A stretch of DNA of 64,000 nucleotides, taken from positions 8,308,001 through 8,372,000 of the forward strand of contig NC_135252.1 in NCBI RefSeq assembly GCF_964204865.1, read 5' to 3'. Each line of letters begins with the position of its first letter. Position 1 is the stretch's first letter. Shown here in pieces: positions 1-13,945 of this stretch. Made by a program: the position numbers and the translations under genes. Under the pieces are notes generated by a model, which saw only the letters and a list, made by a program, of their open reading frames with translations, made no database searches and had not been told where the DNA came from. The stretch comes from Styela clava (Eukaryota).

Positions 1-6
1 ACCAAC

Positions 7-3000
7 CTGATGTTTCAACCAAAAAATAAAATGGATGTTCAGATATTGGATTTGGCATTCCTAGTTGTTCTCCCACTTCTTTCATGCATGATGAATCAAG
101 AAATTCAATCGCGGACAAAATCTCGCCTAGAGATGTTTTGGCTAATTTTAACAGAGAAAGAAGGTCCTCGAATGTGTCTGCACCTAAAGATAAAGAGGAT
201 TACATCAGCTTTTATTGAATTTATTCAAGTTGAGAGATTATTCAAGTTCAAAATATAGTTTGAATCAGAGTAAGACCGTACACTTCGGTATTGAAATATC
301 AGTCTTTTAATCATGATATCAATTATTTTCTTTCAAATTTCATTCTGTTCAAAAATCGTTGGGTGAATACAATTGAGAATTTTTCCCAAAGTCAAAAAAA
401 CCTTACAATACTTATTACAAGGTTACATCATTTCATCTCACTTACTGGTATCTCAAACATATCAGGTTGTTTGCATTACATTTAGCAAAGCGAGTCACTT
501 ATACCCTACTTCAAACAAGAGTGTCAGCATTTTCATGGTGCGTGTTTGCATAAAGACTACCAACTTAAATATTGCTACATCAAAGTTTATCATTGTGTTT
601 CTAACTCATGGATGACTATAATGACATGAATAAGACAGTATAAAATACCATTACAAAATGATTCCTTCTAGTACAAAAAAAATGGGAATTATCATTTTAC
701 AAGTACATTATCATGTAATCTGGCATGAAAATTGGATGCTACTTTTGTGTTACAGTCATAATATCACTTTGCCAATTGCTTTTCTCATTCAAATTATCAG
801 ACACCGAACAATATATTCAATAGATTTTACCAGAAAAAATTCCGGTAGAATAGCATATGATAACCAAATGCTGAACAAGAGAGATTCCAGCCCTTACAAG
901 GATAAAGGCTCCTCACATATCAGAGGCTGCTTCTACAGATCCTCATTTAGAGTGAGTGGTATAAGAAACATTTTTGTTGAACATAATAAATTTTTTTACC
1001 GAAAAAAGCGACATTAACACAGGAAGGTTTGACAGGCGCAAGTATAGATACACCAGTTATAACACCCAACGTTCCCTCTGATCCTATAAATAGCTGTTTG
1101 AGATCGTAACCAGTGTTATCTTTCCTGATAGTACTTGAGAAATCCATGACTCTACCATCAGCCAAAACCTGTTATAAATGAACAAACAAGCAATATTAAT
1201 GAAGTAGTTCAAGCTGGGTGCAAAATTGCAGAAAAAACAAATCACAATTTTTTTGTAATTATTTGTAAAACCAGGAGGGTATTAATATAAATAGTCGAGA
1301 GTTTTTTCAGACATTAGAAGTAGAAACAAAATCGTTCTAGACCTTCAACTAGGCAATTTCAACTAATTTAGGCTATTGAGAGTACAAGCACACATACTTA
1401 CTGCTTCAATACCTAGGACTGATCCTCTGAGCGAACCATATCTTAAAAATCTGATTCCTGCAGCGTTTGTAGACAGATTTCCACCTATTAGACAACTACC
1501 CTTCGCTCCCAGGTCCAAAGGCATTGTCAAATTATGAGAAGCGAGAGCTGTGTTCAAATTTTCCAAAATACAACCAGATTGGCATTGCAATATACCTGTA
1601 CTGAGATAAAAGTATTTTCATATTTATACCAGGAGAGAAGGGAAAGTATTAGTCGTAAATGAAGCCATGAGTGAGTTTTAATATGTTTCCAATGATATTA
1701 CCCACAAAGTCACAGTTGTAGCCTTAAACTCAAGAGAATGGCTTCTAATAGCGGTAATCGAAATTTTTAACAGAAGCCAAAAAGCATCAAGTTGACTGAA
1801 AGTGATAAATAAAAAAAAGGCTTGCACACACAAAACAGTCATAATTTGATTGAAATTTGGAGCCGCAGCCAAAATTTCTGTTAACCAAGAGACAAGAGTT
1901 AGGTGCCAAAAATTGGCTTTTAAAATGGATCAGAGTTTGAAGTCGGTTTTAATTTTTCACAAACTTCACAGCTCATTAAGAAGTCATACTCAGGACCATG
2001 TTCATTCATAGGATTGGTAATAAATCATAAACACAAACATCTACACGAACCTGTCAAAGGATCAATTGATGTAATCTCATTCATCAGTTGCATAGAAAGA
2101 ATAATTTCATCAAAAACAGGAACACTTCCTCCAACTAATCCAGTGTTCCCACTCTGAAAATATTTAGCATAAATTCTATTAATTATGAGGTCAGCTGAAT
2201 TAATCATTGTAATAATCTCAACTATTTGATAAAACTGTGTTCAGGGTTTTAAGGAAAAAAAACAGTGATAAATGTCTTCAGTTCCAAGCTATGTGAACGC
2301 TGAATTTTACAGAAATTTGGTATAAGCAAGCCTTCTATATGTGTCTGTTGAAATTTTGACTTCAATAATCAACAATAACAACAACACAAAGTTTCGACTT
2401 CTGGGTTTAGTCTCCACAGCCTTGTTATGACTTTACCCGGGTGTTATGGAGTGGGTAGGAAATACTGAACCGAAAGAATTCCAATCCTTTCAAAAATACT
2501 TTTTCAAATATAGGTGAATGCTAGTTCAGGATTAGGATTCAAAAATTTATGCTGGGGTAGAGAAAAGTCGATATTAACACCGCATGGAATTCGAGCCTGC
2601 GAATCAGAGGTGCAGTGGCAAGCATATTCCTAACAATAAGCACGTGTCGAGCCACGGGCTTGTACAGAGCTTTATTCAGAGTGAAGGGTGTAAAAAAGTC
2701 CTATGAATCACTTCAGAAATATTCAACACTGCATTGAACTCAATTCAGCAAATGTATCATAAATATCTTTAACCTGTGGACAAACAGCTAAATTTTGTTC
2801 ATTACAGTGCATGAGAATTTTTGAAACTTCTTCAGTTGTTTTGGGCTTCAACAAAACCTGTAATAAATAAGAAGAACTTATTGAATAATGGTGTATCATG
2901 GTCCACTTCTGTGCCACAGAAACATTTTCAGGTAGGCCACAAACCTATCAAAAATTGCTAGAGTTATTGATAAATTTGTTAAACTTTGATTGTAGTAGCA

Positions 3001-4016
3001 AATAGCAATAAATGATGATGCTGTTTTTCACTGAGTGGTAATTATTGAAGTGGAAGTATGTCTATCTTTGCAGAAAGTTTTTTTTTGTTTTTCTTGTAGT
3101 TTTCTCTTGCATAAGACAGGTAATGGGCCAGAATTTTTTGCGCATCAAAAGTGAGCCATGAAACAAAGGTTGAGAACCACCCAGCTAGAAAATGATTTCT
3201 CAAATCGAAAAATCTTAGTTCATGAATACCAGTTCTTGCATCACAAATACATTATATAAATACATTGCCATATATTCCTCAATTTTTGCCAACCGGCTGA
3301 TGGATGAGTATTGAGTATCATTGAAAAAAGTTGTGCCCAAACTTGAAGACAAGGTAATGCGTTTAAATAGTACTATTTTGTTTATCCTGTACCTTACTCT
3401 GTCCACGAACAGTGTTCAACCAATCCACATTATATGATTCAATTACACTTTCATCTGTAATAACACGTTGTTCACCTAATATACTTTCAAATGTTCTGAT
3501 GTCTTTATCTGATACAAATCCATAGGGTCCTCTAAAATTATTTTACAAAATATCAATGGTGTAAAAGAACAAATTTAATCTGTTTTGGGAGACTCTGGAC
3601 AAGCAATTTAAAGAATCTTTGGGAATCGTTTTTATCTGCTTAACATTTGATTAATAGGGCCATAATATCAAATCCTTAAAGTAATAAATGCATTGAGATG
3701 CAATGATTTAGAATTTTAGCTAAAAGACCTGAAGAAGAATTTCTGTGTGATTGCGAAATGAAATTCTTATTTATTTTTATTTTTAATATTTAAAAAATGC
3801 ACAACACAACAAAATATGGCATATGCCACAACAAAATATGGCATATGCCACAACAATAATACCTCAATCATACCTTTTAACGTCATATAGTTCAGATGTT
3901 AATTTAGTCAAAGTTAGATTTGAAGAAGAACTGGATATTTGTCTTATATTCCCCAAACATCTTGAAGATCTGAACATGTAAGTGAACCATTTACACAAGA
4001 TTAATATTCTTCTCAT
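7..4016 (-). CDS. D2HGDH: D-2-hydroxyglutarate dehydrogenase, mitochondrial. 5' part only; the gene continues beyond the window start. Exons ~4016-3874, 3531-3393, 2857-2774, 2153-2051, 1595-1402, 1168-1000, 183-7
   Basis: The spliced translation gives an Arg/Ser-rich transit peptide, [80 protein letters not shown] and [10 protein letters not shown]. All introns are GT-AG with consistent phases. Confidence 0.95.
2545..2660 (-). mobile_element. Degenerate, internally deleted SINE copy
   Basis: cgcatggaattcgagcctgcgaatcagaggtgcagtggcaagcatattcctaac matches 10774-10840. Confidence 0.6.
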
Positions 4017-5174
4017 GATTCAAATTTCAAATACATGAGTTTGTATGTGTTCTCACTTGCTTAACATGATCTCAAATGCATACCAAAGTGGCACCAATTG
4101 TGTTGTCACTCTGGTATGCGTTTAGTCTCACAAAGTCATGGAATTCAGTTTCCTAATCCTAACTAAAATCACTGAAATCACACAACTGCTGTAATTTCAT
4201 ACCATAAAGTAGCACCGGTAGTATTGAATCATACATTAATAAAATTCTGAGATGGTACAAATTTCAGAAGAAAAACTTTTAATATATGAAGGTGAATTTT
4301 AATCATGATTTAACATACAAGGAAATTTATCTTGCTGGAATGAGGCAAATCTCACCAGATCGGTGTAGAAAAATGATTTGTGAAAAAAATTGTAGGATGA
4401 ATACGGTAATTATATTCAGGTTACATCCATAATAGGAATCATGGTGGCTGTCAACTATCATTACTTTTACAAAGTTACCTTTTTAAAAATTTACCTGGAA
4501 TAATTTATGAGGCACAATGCAGATCTTGCTAAAGTCATGACTAACTTCAACACCAACACCACTATAACTGGAGATTTGATAAATTTAAAATACTTCTAAA
4601 TTGGCAAAATATTTGATTTTGAAACATTATTGAAAATTGCACATTGATGAAAGGTATATGAAACCACTAAACATTCACACGGTTTTATTCAAATACAGTA
4701 TTAATTTGAAGTAGTAGTAAAATCAATTCATCTCAACATTATCGATAATACAATTTAAAAATGATCTCGAATTGAATCTGAGGCATGGATCTTTCAAAAT
4801 AAACTGTAAATTAAAGATTATGAAATATAGAGCAATAAGAGCACCCATGATTTTCCCATAATGATAATAGGAACATAGAATAAATATCTGCTCTGTAGTT
4901 AACTTGTACTAGAATTAAAATATGTGTTCTGTTTTTCGATGAGAGTCTTTCCTAGCACATTAGTTTAACTTTTTTTACTGATTTTTACTATTGATGATAT
5001 ATTTGATGAATTAAGTTGAGTATATAATGATAAAGTCATTTCAAAATTTGCTACTTGAACACAAAATTTCATCTCTTTACAGACGAATTCGAATATAATT
5101 CAAAATCACTTGACAACTCAAAGGTATAGTCGATGCGATATTATGAAAATGACCAATATTATTGCAATCTATAT

Positions 5175-5272
5175 ATATGTAGTGTTTCCAATCGAATGCT
5201 GTGTATGAAACTTTGATATAGAGATATGTAGTGTTTCCAATCGAATGCTGTGTATGAAACTTTGATATAGAG
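5175..5272. repeat. Perfect 49-bp tandem duplication downstream of BDH2
   Basis: atatgtagtgtttccaatcgaatgctgtgtatgaaactttgatatagag x2. Confidence 0.9.
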
Positions 5273-5508
5273 CCTATTAAATAATTGGAGGAACAACATC
5301 AAATAACAAAAATTACAGTAATATTTCCATTTTTGTTGAGAGACCTCAGATGATCTTGGAAGCTGCATATTTTAAGCATCTTACAGGATTAAAATTTGGA
5401 GAATCATTGACATTTATCAAGTAATGTTATAATAAAACACTGTGTAACATAAAATATTCTTGTCCACCATTTTTTATTATGAGCTGATAGAAAATAGACT
5501 ATAATATT

Positions 5509-6249
5509 CTATGCAGACCAAGCTCCGTCAATTACCATTTCTGTACCATGAATAAAATCTGATTCATCCGATGCCAGAAAGACAGCGAGTTTAGCAACTT
5601 CTTCAGCTTTACCAAATCTACCAATAGGAGATCTTGCTTGGAACATTTTCATCGATTCCTCAGGATCCATTTCACTATTTGATGCAATTCTATCTCTCAG
5701 TGAAGGTGTATCTATTGTGCCTGGTTGAATACAATTGCATCGAATACCTTTTGAACAAAAATCTGCAGAAATTGATTTAGTCAAACCAACAACTGCAGCT
5801 TTGGATGTTTGATATGCACAACGCAAAAGGGTTCCTTTTCTGCTAGATGCAACTGAAGACATGTTTATGATGTTTCCTTTTCCATGACTAATCATAGAAG
5901 GAAGAAAGCATCTAATGGTTAAGAACATGCTCTTAACATTAATTTCCATCGAACGATCCCATATTTCTTCATTGCAATCCAGAACAGAACCATGAGCCAC
6001 CCAACCTGCTACATTGAACAAAACGTCCACACGACCAATTTCTCGTGAAAGCTCTTCTATTTCCGATACCTTGGTAACGTCTAACTTTTTGACTGTTATA
6101 CCTTTTGTGCCCGATAACTCTTTTAATTTGTCAAAATTGATGTCAGTTGCAATTACCTCTGCGCCTTCCTCGGCAAAAGCCAACGCTGATGCCCGTCCTA
6201 TTCCTTGGGCAGCCGCTGTGACCAATATTTTTTTGTTTTGAAGCCTCAT
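5509..6249 (-). CDS. BDH2: BDH2/DHRS6 short-chain dehydrogenase, single exon, 246 aa (start MRLQNKK)
   Basis: TAAAQGIG nucleotide-binding motif, LFNVAG, NMSSVASS, YxxxK (YQTSK), and DTPSL...RI match the BDH2 family. Length is about that of human BDH2. Confidence 0.92.
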   Translation of the reverse strand: MRLQNKKILVTAAAQGIGRASALAFAEEGAEVIATDINFDKLKELSGTKGITVKKLDVTKVSEIEELSREIGRVDVLFNVAGWVAHGSVLDCNEEIWDRSMEINVKSMFLTIRCFLPSMISHGKGNIINMSSVASSRKGTLLRCAYQTSKAAVVGLTKSISADFCSKGIRCNCIQPGTIDTPSLRDRIASNSEMDPEESMKMFQARSPIGRFGKAEEVAKLAVFLASDESDFIHGTEMVIDGAWSA

Positions 6250-6746
6250 ATCTTTTTGTATTTTATGATATTTCTCGAAATTTAAAAATACGAACGAATG
6301 CACTTCACTGTTCGACTGACCGACAAGCGCGTTCGATGTGGAATGAACGCTGAATGCCGCAGCAGGCTATGTCACGTGTGCAAACGCAAACAAATATAAT
6401 AGAGAAGTTGCAGCTCAGTTCTACAGGGGTGGTAGCACAAAAGTCATATTGGGGGTGTCGTCCGAGGTCTATATCCAAGTCTCAATGGCCACTTGATAAT
6501 GATATACTGTATTTGAAGTGTTCTTTGTGTAAATGGTAATACAAGATATGATCACCCCATCCAACTGCTCAAGCTCAACAATAATATCATGATATTGAAC
6601 TTAAGATAGAAATGTGTTTATGACCTAGCCACCTAAAATCGAAATCTCACGTCGTCTGTGATGTCATAAAAGTGACTTGGATCTTTGATTACGTCAGAAC
6701 ACAGGTTGGCAATTTAAATGAGAGCTGCTGTTTCCGTAGTGCGAAA

Positions 6747-9700
6747 ATGGGGTGCTGTGGAAGCAAAAACGCTCCAGTCGTCATAAGGAATGATCAGGGA
6801 AGCACAACTCCAGTCAGAAGTAGAAAATGCAGGGATGTTTTCTTTCTCTTGTTCTTTATAGCGGCATTAGGCGGGGTAGGTTTTGTTGCTTACCATTCGA
6901 CCCGTAATGGCGACCCGATGCGTTACATCAACGGCGTGGATTCATGGGGCAACGTATGTGGCCGTAAGAAGAATCCCCCTATCATAGAAGACGGAAACAC
7001 AAACTCCTCAGTCCAAAATTCGGGTAAAGATCGATCAAACCATTTCTACGAGTTGAATTTGTTTCTTTCGGACATATCACTGCTGCTGAATCCGGAAAAT
7101 ATTCTATCCGAAGGCAACACTCCAATTGTGTTATGTGTCAGTGAATGCCCCAACGACACCGTGACGGACTGCCCCGACTTATTGGCCGATAATGGCTATA
7201 ATGTGAAAAGAGTAGTGATTAATAGAAGAGCATGCCAAATGCCAGGCAAAAAAGTTTTTGCTCACAAAGCTATTCTCAACAGATGCGTTCCGAAGCAGTT
7301 GGCAGCATTAGGTCAAGGAGTGGCACAAGCATCGATAGCAACCGCAGATGTGTTGGCGACAACTGTTATTGCGAATAAAACTGGTAATGAGCCCAAGTCA
7401 CTAAAAAACACTCCATTGCAACATGTACACGATATGATCCTCTCTGTTACTGACAATTGGGAATCAATAACCTATCTTTTGTTGATTGCTGTAGGGATAT
7501 CATTACTGACGATCATTATGCTCCAGGTAAAATTAGCTTAGTAAAAACGAGGAAAATATGAACCATATTTCACAATAGTACGAATAGGTCATAAACACAA
7601 GTGAATTTTTTTTTTTTTATAATATACTATGAAGCAATTGCATTTTATTAGAAGCGATTATTCACTGCCCACTGGACCAAATATAGCCGCGAAAATATCA
7701 TCCAAATCAATCAATATTTCGATGTGACATGGAAATATAGGCAAAACGTTGTGCCTGTTTTGCTTGTAACAAGAGTCGACAAGGCTTTTGTAATATTAGT
7801 ATGATAGTGAGCATATTCGCAATATCCTAGCAAGAAACGCATGCTATTTCCAAATCATTTTATGTTTCACATTCTATACAACGACATTCAACATGAATTT
7901 TTGTTTTCTGCAGTTGTTCACAAGAGTTTTGGTCATCACCATTATGGTCGTTTCCACACTCGGCACAGGAGCGGTTGCCGGTTATCTTTGGTATCATTAT
8001 CTCGTAACGATCAAAGTTATACCAGCAGGGACCGCTTTCACAGCAATTGTCAATTTGACCTCGTCAACGGAAGGTATGTGTCCTGCTTTGTGTTGTACTA
8101 AAATTAGCTTCGATGTATTTGTCTTCTATAGGTATTCCATTTAATTTTATGCAGTCAAACTTATATAGACTTGTACTCTTGAATAATGCCATCACCGTAT
8201 GACTTTTATTTATTGTCAAAATTTCTTGACGTATGTAATCATTGTTTTTGCTTTCATAGACATATTGGGAATACAAACAAATGTGAGCACAGATCTTCTT
8301 ACGACTACGTCAAATTTAACAGCAAGTTTAAGTTTGAACAGTCTTCATGAAAGTGAATATCTTCTACCAATCACAATTGCTGTCACAGTGTTCACATTGA
8401 TTACATGGAGTAAGTTGTACTTAATGAACGGCAATTGCCTATAACTAATGTAAAGAAATTCGTTTTAAAGGGTGATTGTGTGGGCCAACTTGCTTATTTA
8501 GTCTACCAAGTGTCAGAAATGCTTCTATACACTAATTTACCTATATGAATCTAAATATTGTGCATTTTCAATACTTTGTCCTAAAATCTCGTGTGATAAA
8601 AAGATACTTTTCGTTTTTATGACGTGATACTGCATGATTGGCAAACATCCAAACAGTTCTGCATACTAATTTGAGCAACAATTTTATATATATACTCGGA
8701 AAAACAGTCAATAAGTTTTATATAACCTGTCAGTCATACTTTCACAATTTCGCGTATTCACGCATGAAAACGGCCCCTGGTTTTTCATCATTTAGTTATT
8801 GGCCATATGCTCTGCAACCACAATAATATAAGTTGAGTTTTGAGTTGAAGCAAGACCTGTGCCATATGTTATACCTGGAAGTATGTATGGGGCGAGATAT
8901 AAGGCAATGTAACGGAAATTCGCTTCGTACTGTACTAATTATTGATGATTTTTACACTTATTCATTCACTTTGTATCTTTACGGTCGTAAACTCGTAATT
9001 CAAGATTTCTCCAGAATAACCTCGTATGTACGACCAATCGAATTCGTTGGAATATAGCACATTTTTCATTCAATTTATATGTGAATTCATTTGTGTATAT
9101 CAATTTGTGTTTTCTACTTTTTCATTTGTAGTTCTTCTCATTTGGTCACGAAAAAGCTTAAAATTGGTGATAAGTCTGTTTGATGAAGCAAGTTTGGCAC
9201 TTTTCAGCATGCCTGGGATCCTTCTACAACCTTTTATAACAGTAATTGCATTGGTTGTTGCTTTCGCTGGATTTTTGGTGATAAGTGCATTTTTACTTTC
9301 AGATCAGGTATGATTATGATTTTTGCATCGGCTAATAGTGTATTGGAATTTATATTAGTTAAAGGATTGTTTACGATTTTCCAGGTACCTCATGTGGATG
9401 AAGATGGCATTGTTACTTATATGAATGAACCCGGAATGAAATCAGGACAACTGTTGATGATACCAGTTGTGTTCGTCTTTCTGTGGCTTTTTGAATTTAT
9501 TTTTGCATGCCAGGAGGTAATTTACATTTTAATAGTCAATTTTCCAATACTAATCCAAAATAACTCAACGGGCAACGACTTTTGAAGGAAATTCTGTGTT
9601 GGTAAGTTCCGCTTACAAAATGACGTGGAGCTATTTTTTCAACCTGGTCGATTGCTCTATTTCATCATATAACAGGATCTTGAGTTTGGAGAGAAAATGT

Positions 9701-12596
9701 TTTGAGTCGACGTGAGGTTGTTTTAAAATTGATCGAACATATATATTTTCTGTGTAATTATTTAAAAAAAAATGTAATATTTTATTCGATTTTGTGCATT
9801 TGCAGATAATCCTAGCAGGAGCAATATCAACATGGTTCTTTACTCGAGGAATAACAAAAATATCTTGTAAAATATGTCCCACTCTGAAACCTACAAAAGA
9901 TTTGATATTATACAATCTCGGGTCCGCAGCATTTGGTTCTCTGATCATCGCCATTGTACAATTTTTTCGACTGATCTTGGCTTATATTCAAAAAAAAATG
10001 AAAAACGTGTAAGTTGAGCGAAATATATTTTTAAATTGATTGCTGTCAAAAGACGCATTTCTGTGTTGGTTCCATATGTGTTTATTTTTAACTTAAAGTC
10101 ATTTTTCGTATGTATCTCTGCTGTTGATTAGGAAGTTTTCCATAACTTTCAAAAATACAGAAGTTTATAATAGATCGGTTTGCGATCAATTGCTTTCTAA
10201 TTTTTTTTCTACCAAAACAGGAAAAAAAAAATATCTGTAACACAAATAATATTTTGTGAATTTATAATTTTCTTTGTTTCTTTACAGTGATAACAAAGCA
10301 GCAAAATGCGTTCTTAAATGCATGCAATGTTGTTTGGCCTGCTTCGAGAAAATGCTCAAATACATCAACAGAAATGCATTTATATGCATTGCCATGTACG
10401 GAGAAGGATTTTGTGCATCCGCTAAAAAGGCGCTCTCACTTTTGATCAGCAACGCTCAGCACGTGGTAGCCTTGAATTGCCTTAGTGGATTTTGTTTGTT
10501 TCTAGGTATATATTAATTTTCGATATCTTTATTTTTTAGGAAAGCCGCTATACGGATATAGGATAGGATTAACATATTTATCCCGGAGGAAAGGAAAGCC
10601 GATAATACGGCCTCTCGCCCGCTTGCCATTCCATGTCGGGTATTGGATTAGTCAGTTACTTGTTTTCGGAAGCATGGACTTGATGGTGGAGGAAGCCGTA
10701 ACCGACCAGCGGTTACGTGAACCATCCTACGGTGGCGAGGAGTCCAGCTATTCTCTCGCACATAACCATCTCCGCATTGGATTCGGACCTGCGAACCCAC
10801 GCAGAGTAATCAGAGGTGCGGTGGCGAGCGTATTCCTAACGCTTGGCACGATGAACCACACCGCCGCGCCATTCGTTATTACTTTAAATACAAACTAAAA
10901 TATTGTCGCATCTTACTTAGGATAGCATTTTTTTATTTATCCAGGGGGAGATGAAAGCCGATAAGACTGCGTAATTATATGGGGAACCACGGCTTCTCGT
11001 CGGGTTGGGTATGGTATTGGTTAGCCAGTTATTTGTTTTCGGAAGCATGTACTTTACGGGAGAGGAGGCCGTAACCGATCAGCGGTTACGTGAACTACAC
11101 TACATCGGTCCAGCAGTCCAGCAATCCTTCCGCACATAATCATGGGGTCGGGTATGGTATTGGCTATCCAGTTCCTTGTTTTCGGAAGCATGGACTTTAT
11201 GGTGGAGGAAGCCGTAACCGACCAGCGGTTACGTGAACCACTCTACATCGGCGAGAAGTCCAGCAATCGTTTCGCACATAATCATCCCCGCACGGGATTC
11301 GCACACCGCCGAGCCAAATATAAAGCGAATAAAAGTTTTTATTATTTCTCAATGTAAAATTTCTTATTGCAGGCAAAGTCACTGTAGTTGGTGTCGTAGG
11401 AACTCTTGCATCAGCGTGGTTTTCGGAAAAATCAACATCTGATATTTCGTTTTTGTTTCCTGTCATTATTTGCTGCTTGGGTGCGTTTTTCATAGCGTCC
11501 TGCTTCATGTCCGTCTTTGGAATGGCAATCGATACAATATTTCTATGTTTCTGCGACGACTGTCAACGTAACGATGGCAACGACAGGCCCTATTACAGCA
11601 GCCAGAGCTTACGGAAGTGAGTCGTTTTCTTGAGACAATATTATATAACCGCGTTTTTCCGACAAAAGAATTATTCACATTACTAAAGCTGATTCGCAAT
11701 TACTCAACCCTTAACCTGTTATATGATATAATTATTGAAACTTTTTAATCTTAGGAAACTCCAAATAAGGCAATGGGCTCTACGGCATTTATTGCCTTAA
11801 AATGTTCCACGTAACCATTGGTTTTCCCTTTTTTTACTGGGTGGAAAAAATAAACATGAATATCGCTTAGTTATTTTTGAAGAATAATAACCCGATCGAC
11901 TAGTTATATGTATCAACCATGGAACGATATCAACAAAATTCCGTGAAATATGAATTTTCAAACGACTTCGAACAGCTCCGTGATGATGCAGTTATCGGCA
12001 GTGCAAGCATGTTAAATTGTCTCGAACCAGAATAATAGGACTAGTATAAAAAAAATCTTTTTAGCAAAATACGCTACGTCAATAATCCGTCTTTTGGGAT
12101 ATAGAACTTCGTTTTGGTAAACATATTGGGGGAAAATATGCATCGAAATTTGCGCATCGTTTACATATGGAATCACCAATGCCTTTTCTTGGGCGTCAAC
12201 TATTCTTTTCCTATTTATACTTGATTCATATTCCGAGTTTCTAAAAGAAAATCTTTTTCATCAAAGAACCTAGATTTGAATGTGTTGATACAAGATTGTG
12301 TCTGTATATTTTTACCCAAACTTCATGATTGGAAGCTAAATGGTTCATTTTGCAGGTTCATGGAGTCAGCTAGCAGTAAGAAACAAAACAAACAGCCCAA
12401 AAGTTCAGCTGGGCCATCTTCTAAGAATCTACGTGTTCGCACGCGAGTGATCAAAAGCAAACCTGCGAGTAGAAAAGCTGCTGCCTCCTTTACTCGTATA
12501 AATATTCCTGATAAAGAGAAAAATCTTCGAAAATCCTATACATCGAGGGACAACAAAGTTTATCCACTACCCGGATCTGCTGCAGAGTGGCATTAA
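6747..12596 (+). CDS. Choline transporter-like protein (SLC44/CTL family, CTL1-like). Exons ~6747-7526, 7914-8073, 8260-8409, 9132-9307, 9385-9516, 9806-10008, 10288-10505, 11373-11616, 12356-12596
   Basis: MGCCGS N-terminus, RKCRDVFFL, NGVDSWGNVCG, CVSECP, YNLGSAAFGSLIIAIV, CCLACFEKMLKYINRNAFICIAMYGEGFCASAK, and AIDTIFLCFCDD...NDG..RPYY. The paralog cannot be assigned from sequence alone. Confidence 0.92.
10560..10870 (-). mobile_element. Same tRNA-derived SINE family, full copy in an SLC44 intron
   Basis: Reverse-complement match to 60816-61115, with a (cctat)-type tail at 10555-10570. Confidence 0.8.
10935..11305 (-). mobile_element. Same SINE family, 5'-truncated copy with an internally duplicated core
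   Basis: The core ggtatggtattgg...tgttttcggaagcatg...gccgtaaccga.cagcggttacgtgaa occurs twice (~11008-11140 and ~11150-11285). Confidence 0.75.
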
Positions 12597-13341
12597 TAAT
12601 TTCATTGTTTTGTGTTTTGTTTGCTTTCCACTTATTTGAATACATTCTATTACTTGACGTTAATTTGACATTGCTGTGTTAAATTTGCACTTTCCTGTGA
12701 TGATAGTCATTTGAAATGGGTATCTCGTTTTGGCATTGCCATAATTGGTAATCCGTAAACATTAGTTATATCGCCAAATATTGTAAAAGTGCGATTGGTT
12801 TCGTTGCAGAAAGCCTGCGGCGGTCTTGTGGATAACACATTCGTTCGTTTGACTGATGTGATCGTGATAGCCGACGCGATCGCTAGCTAATGAATACGTT
12901 TGAGTCGTTCCAAATATAAATATGCATATTGTTCAGTATGTTCAATAGAATATGGCTTGAAATATTATTGGCTTCGTCTAAGGTTGGATATCCCAGCAAT
13001 CGGGCGAGTTCCATTCGATGAGCGATTTATATACCTCTATAAAGCACTGAAGGTAAGAACGTGGGTGTAATATGTGGTCTAGACAGGAGTATCCAAAAGT
13101 ATTATATGTTGCCGCAGTAGCAGGTATTAATAATATAATAACTTTCAACCTATTTTTGCCACCTTGTTTGTACTGCTGTATGCCGAAACAGCGATTTTGT
13201 TGCGTAGTCACGTAGCGGATATTTTCAAGCAATTACCGTACTGTATTACATCTGACATGCCATGAATCTGTGAATTGAGAGACAGGAAAGTTTGATCAGT
13301 CTATAACAATATCATTGCAACGAAATACCACATTTGCATCA

Positions 13342-13630
13342 TTACTTATCGATTTTAATCGGTAAGTATGTTGATAGGTATTTGTCTGTTTGTTTGTCTG
13401 TTAGATGCACGCGATATCTCACGGAAGCGAGATTGAATCTGCTCCAGATTTTGCATGTGCATTCATCATATGTCGTACCAGAAGCCTATTGATTTTGGAT
13501 GAATTATGTAGTATAATTAGCGAGTTATTAATTAATTAGTGATGGTGTCACTATGGAGTAAGAGCGCTGTTTTGGGGATCCCCTAACTTTCGATCGATAA
13601 GTCTTCGGTCTCTGACTGATATTCTCGTTA
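13342..13630 (+). mobile_element. DINE-1/Helentron-like non-autonomous element
   Basis: 5' hairpin tacttatcgatt..aatcggtaagta, (tgtc/tgtt) microsatellite, inverted subterminal tcgataagt, and a short 3' stem-loop. A second copy lies at 55359-55670. Confidence 0.65.
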
Positions 13631-13945
13631 GTTTGTTAGTGGGTAAACTGGTGCATGTATATTTACATGTATTATACCTTTATGAAGGTTTTGCCAGTTT
13701 CCCCGATTTTCCCAATCTTCTGTGTGTTCATTGTTTGTGTATGACTTTTCTGTGGGAAAATCAAAATATACTTTATATTATTATAGATAATTCACAAGGT
13801 GCAAGTCTGCAGGTGAATGAAGCTTCTCTTTCACTTCTGATTTGTAAAAATAAATTCAAACCTAATTCCTAATTATTATTTATTACATTGATCATTACTA
13901 GATAGGGAGACCAGTAGGTCAGTTTGTAGTTATTGAAACTGTTAA

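Noticed and set aside
5509-6303. Upstream ATG at 6303 as the BDH2 start
   Set aside because: Family similarity begins at Met 6249, and the 18-aa extension is unsupported.
10623-11357. Similar short ORFs (VFGSMD..VEEAVTDQRLREP), also at 60809-61060
   Set aside because: These are translations of SINE copies, not a protein family.
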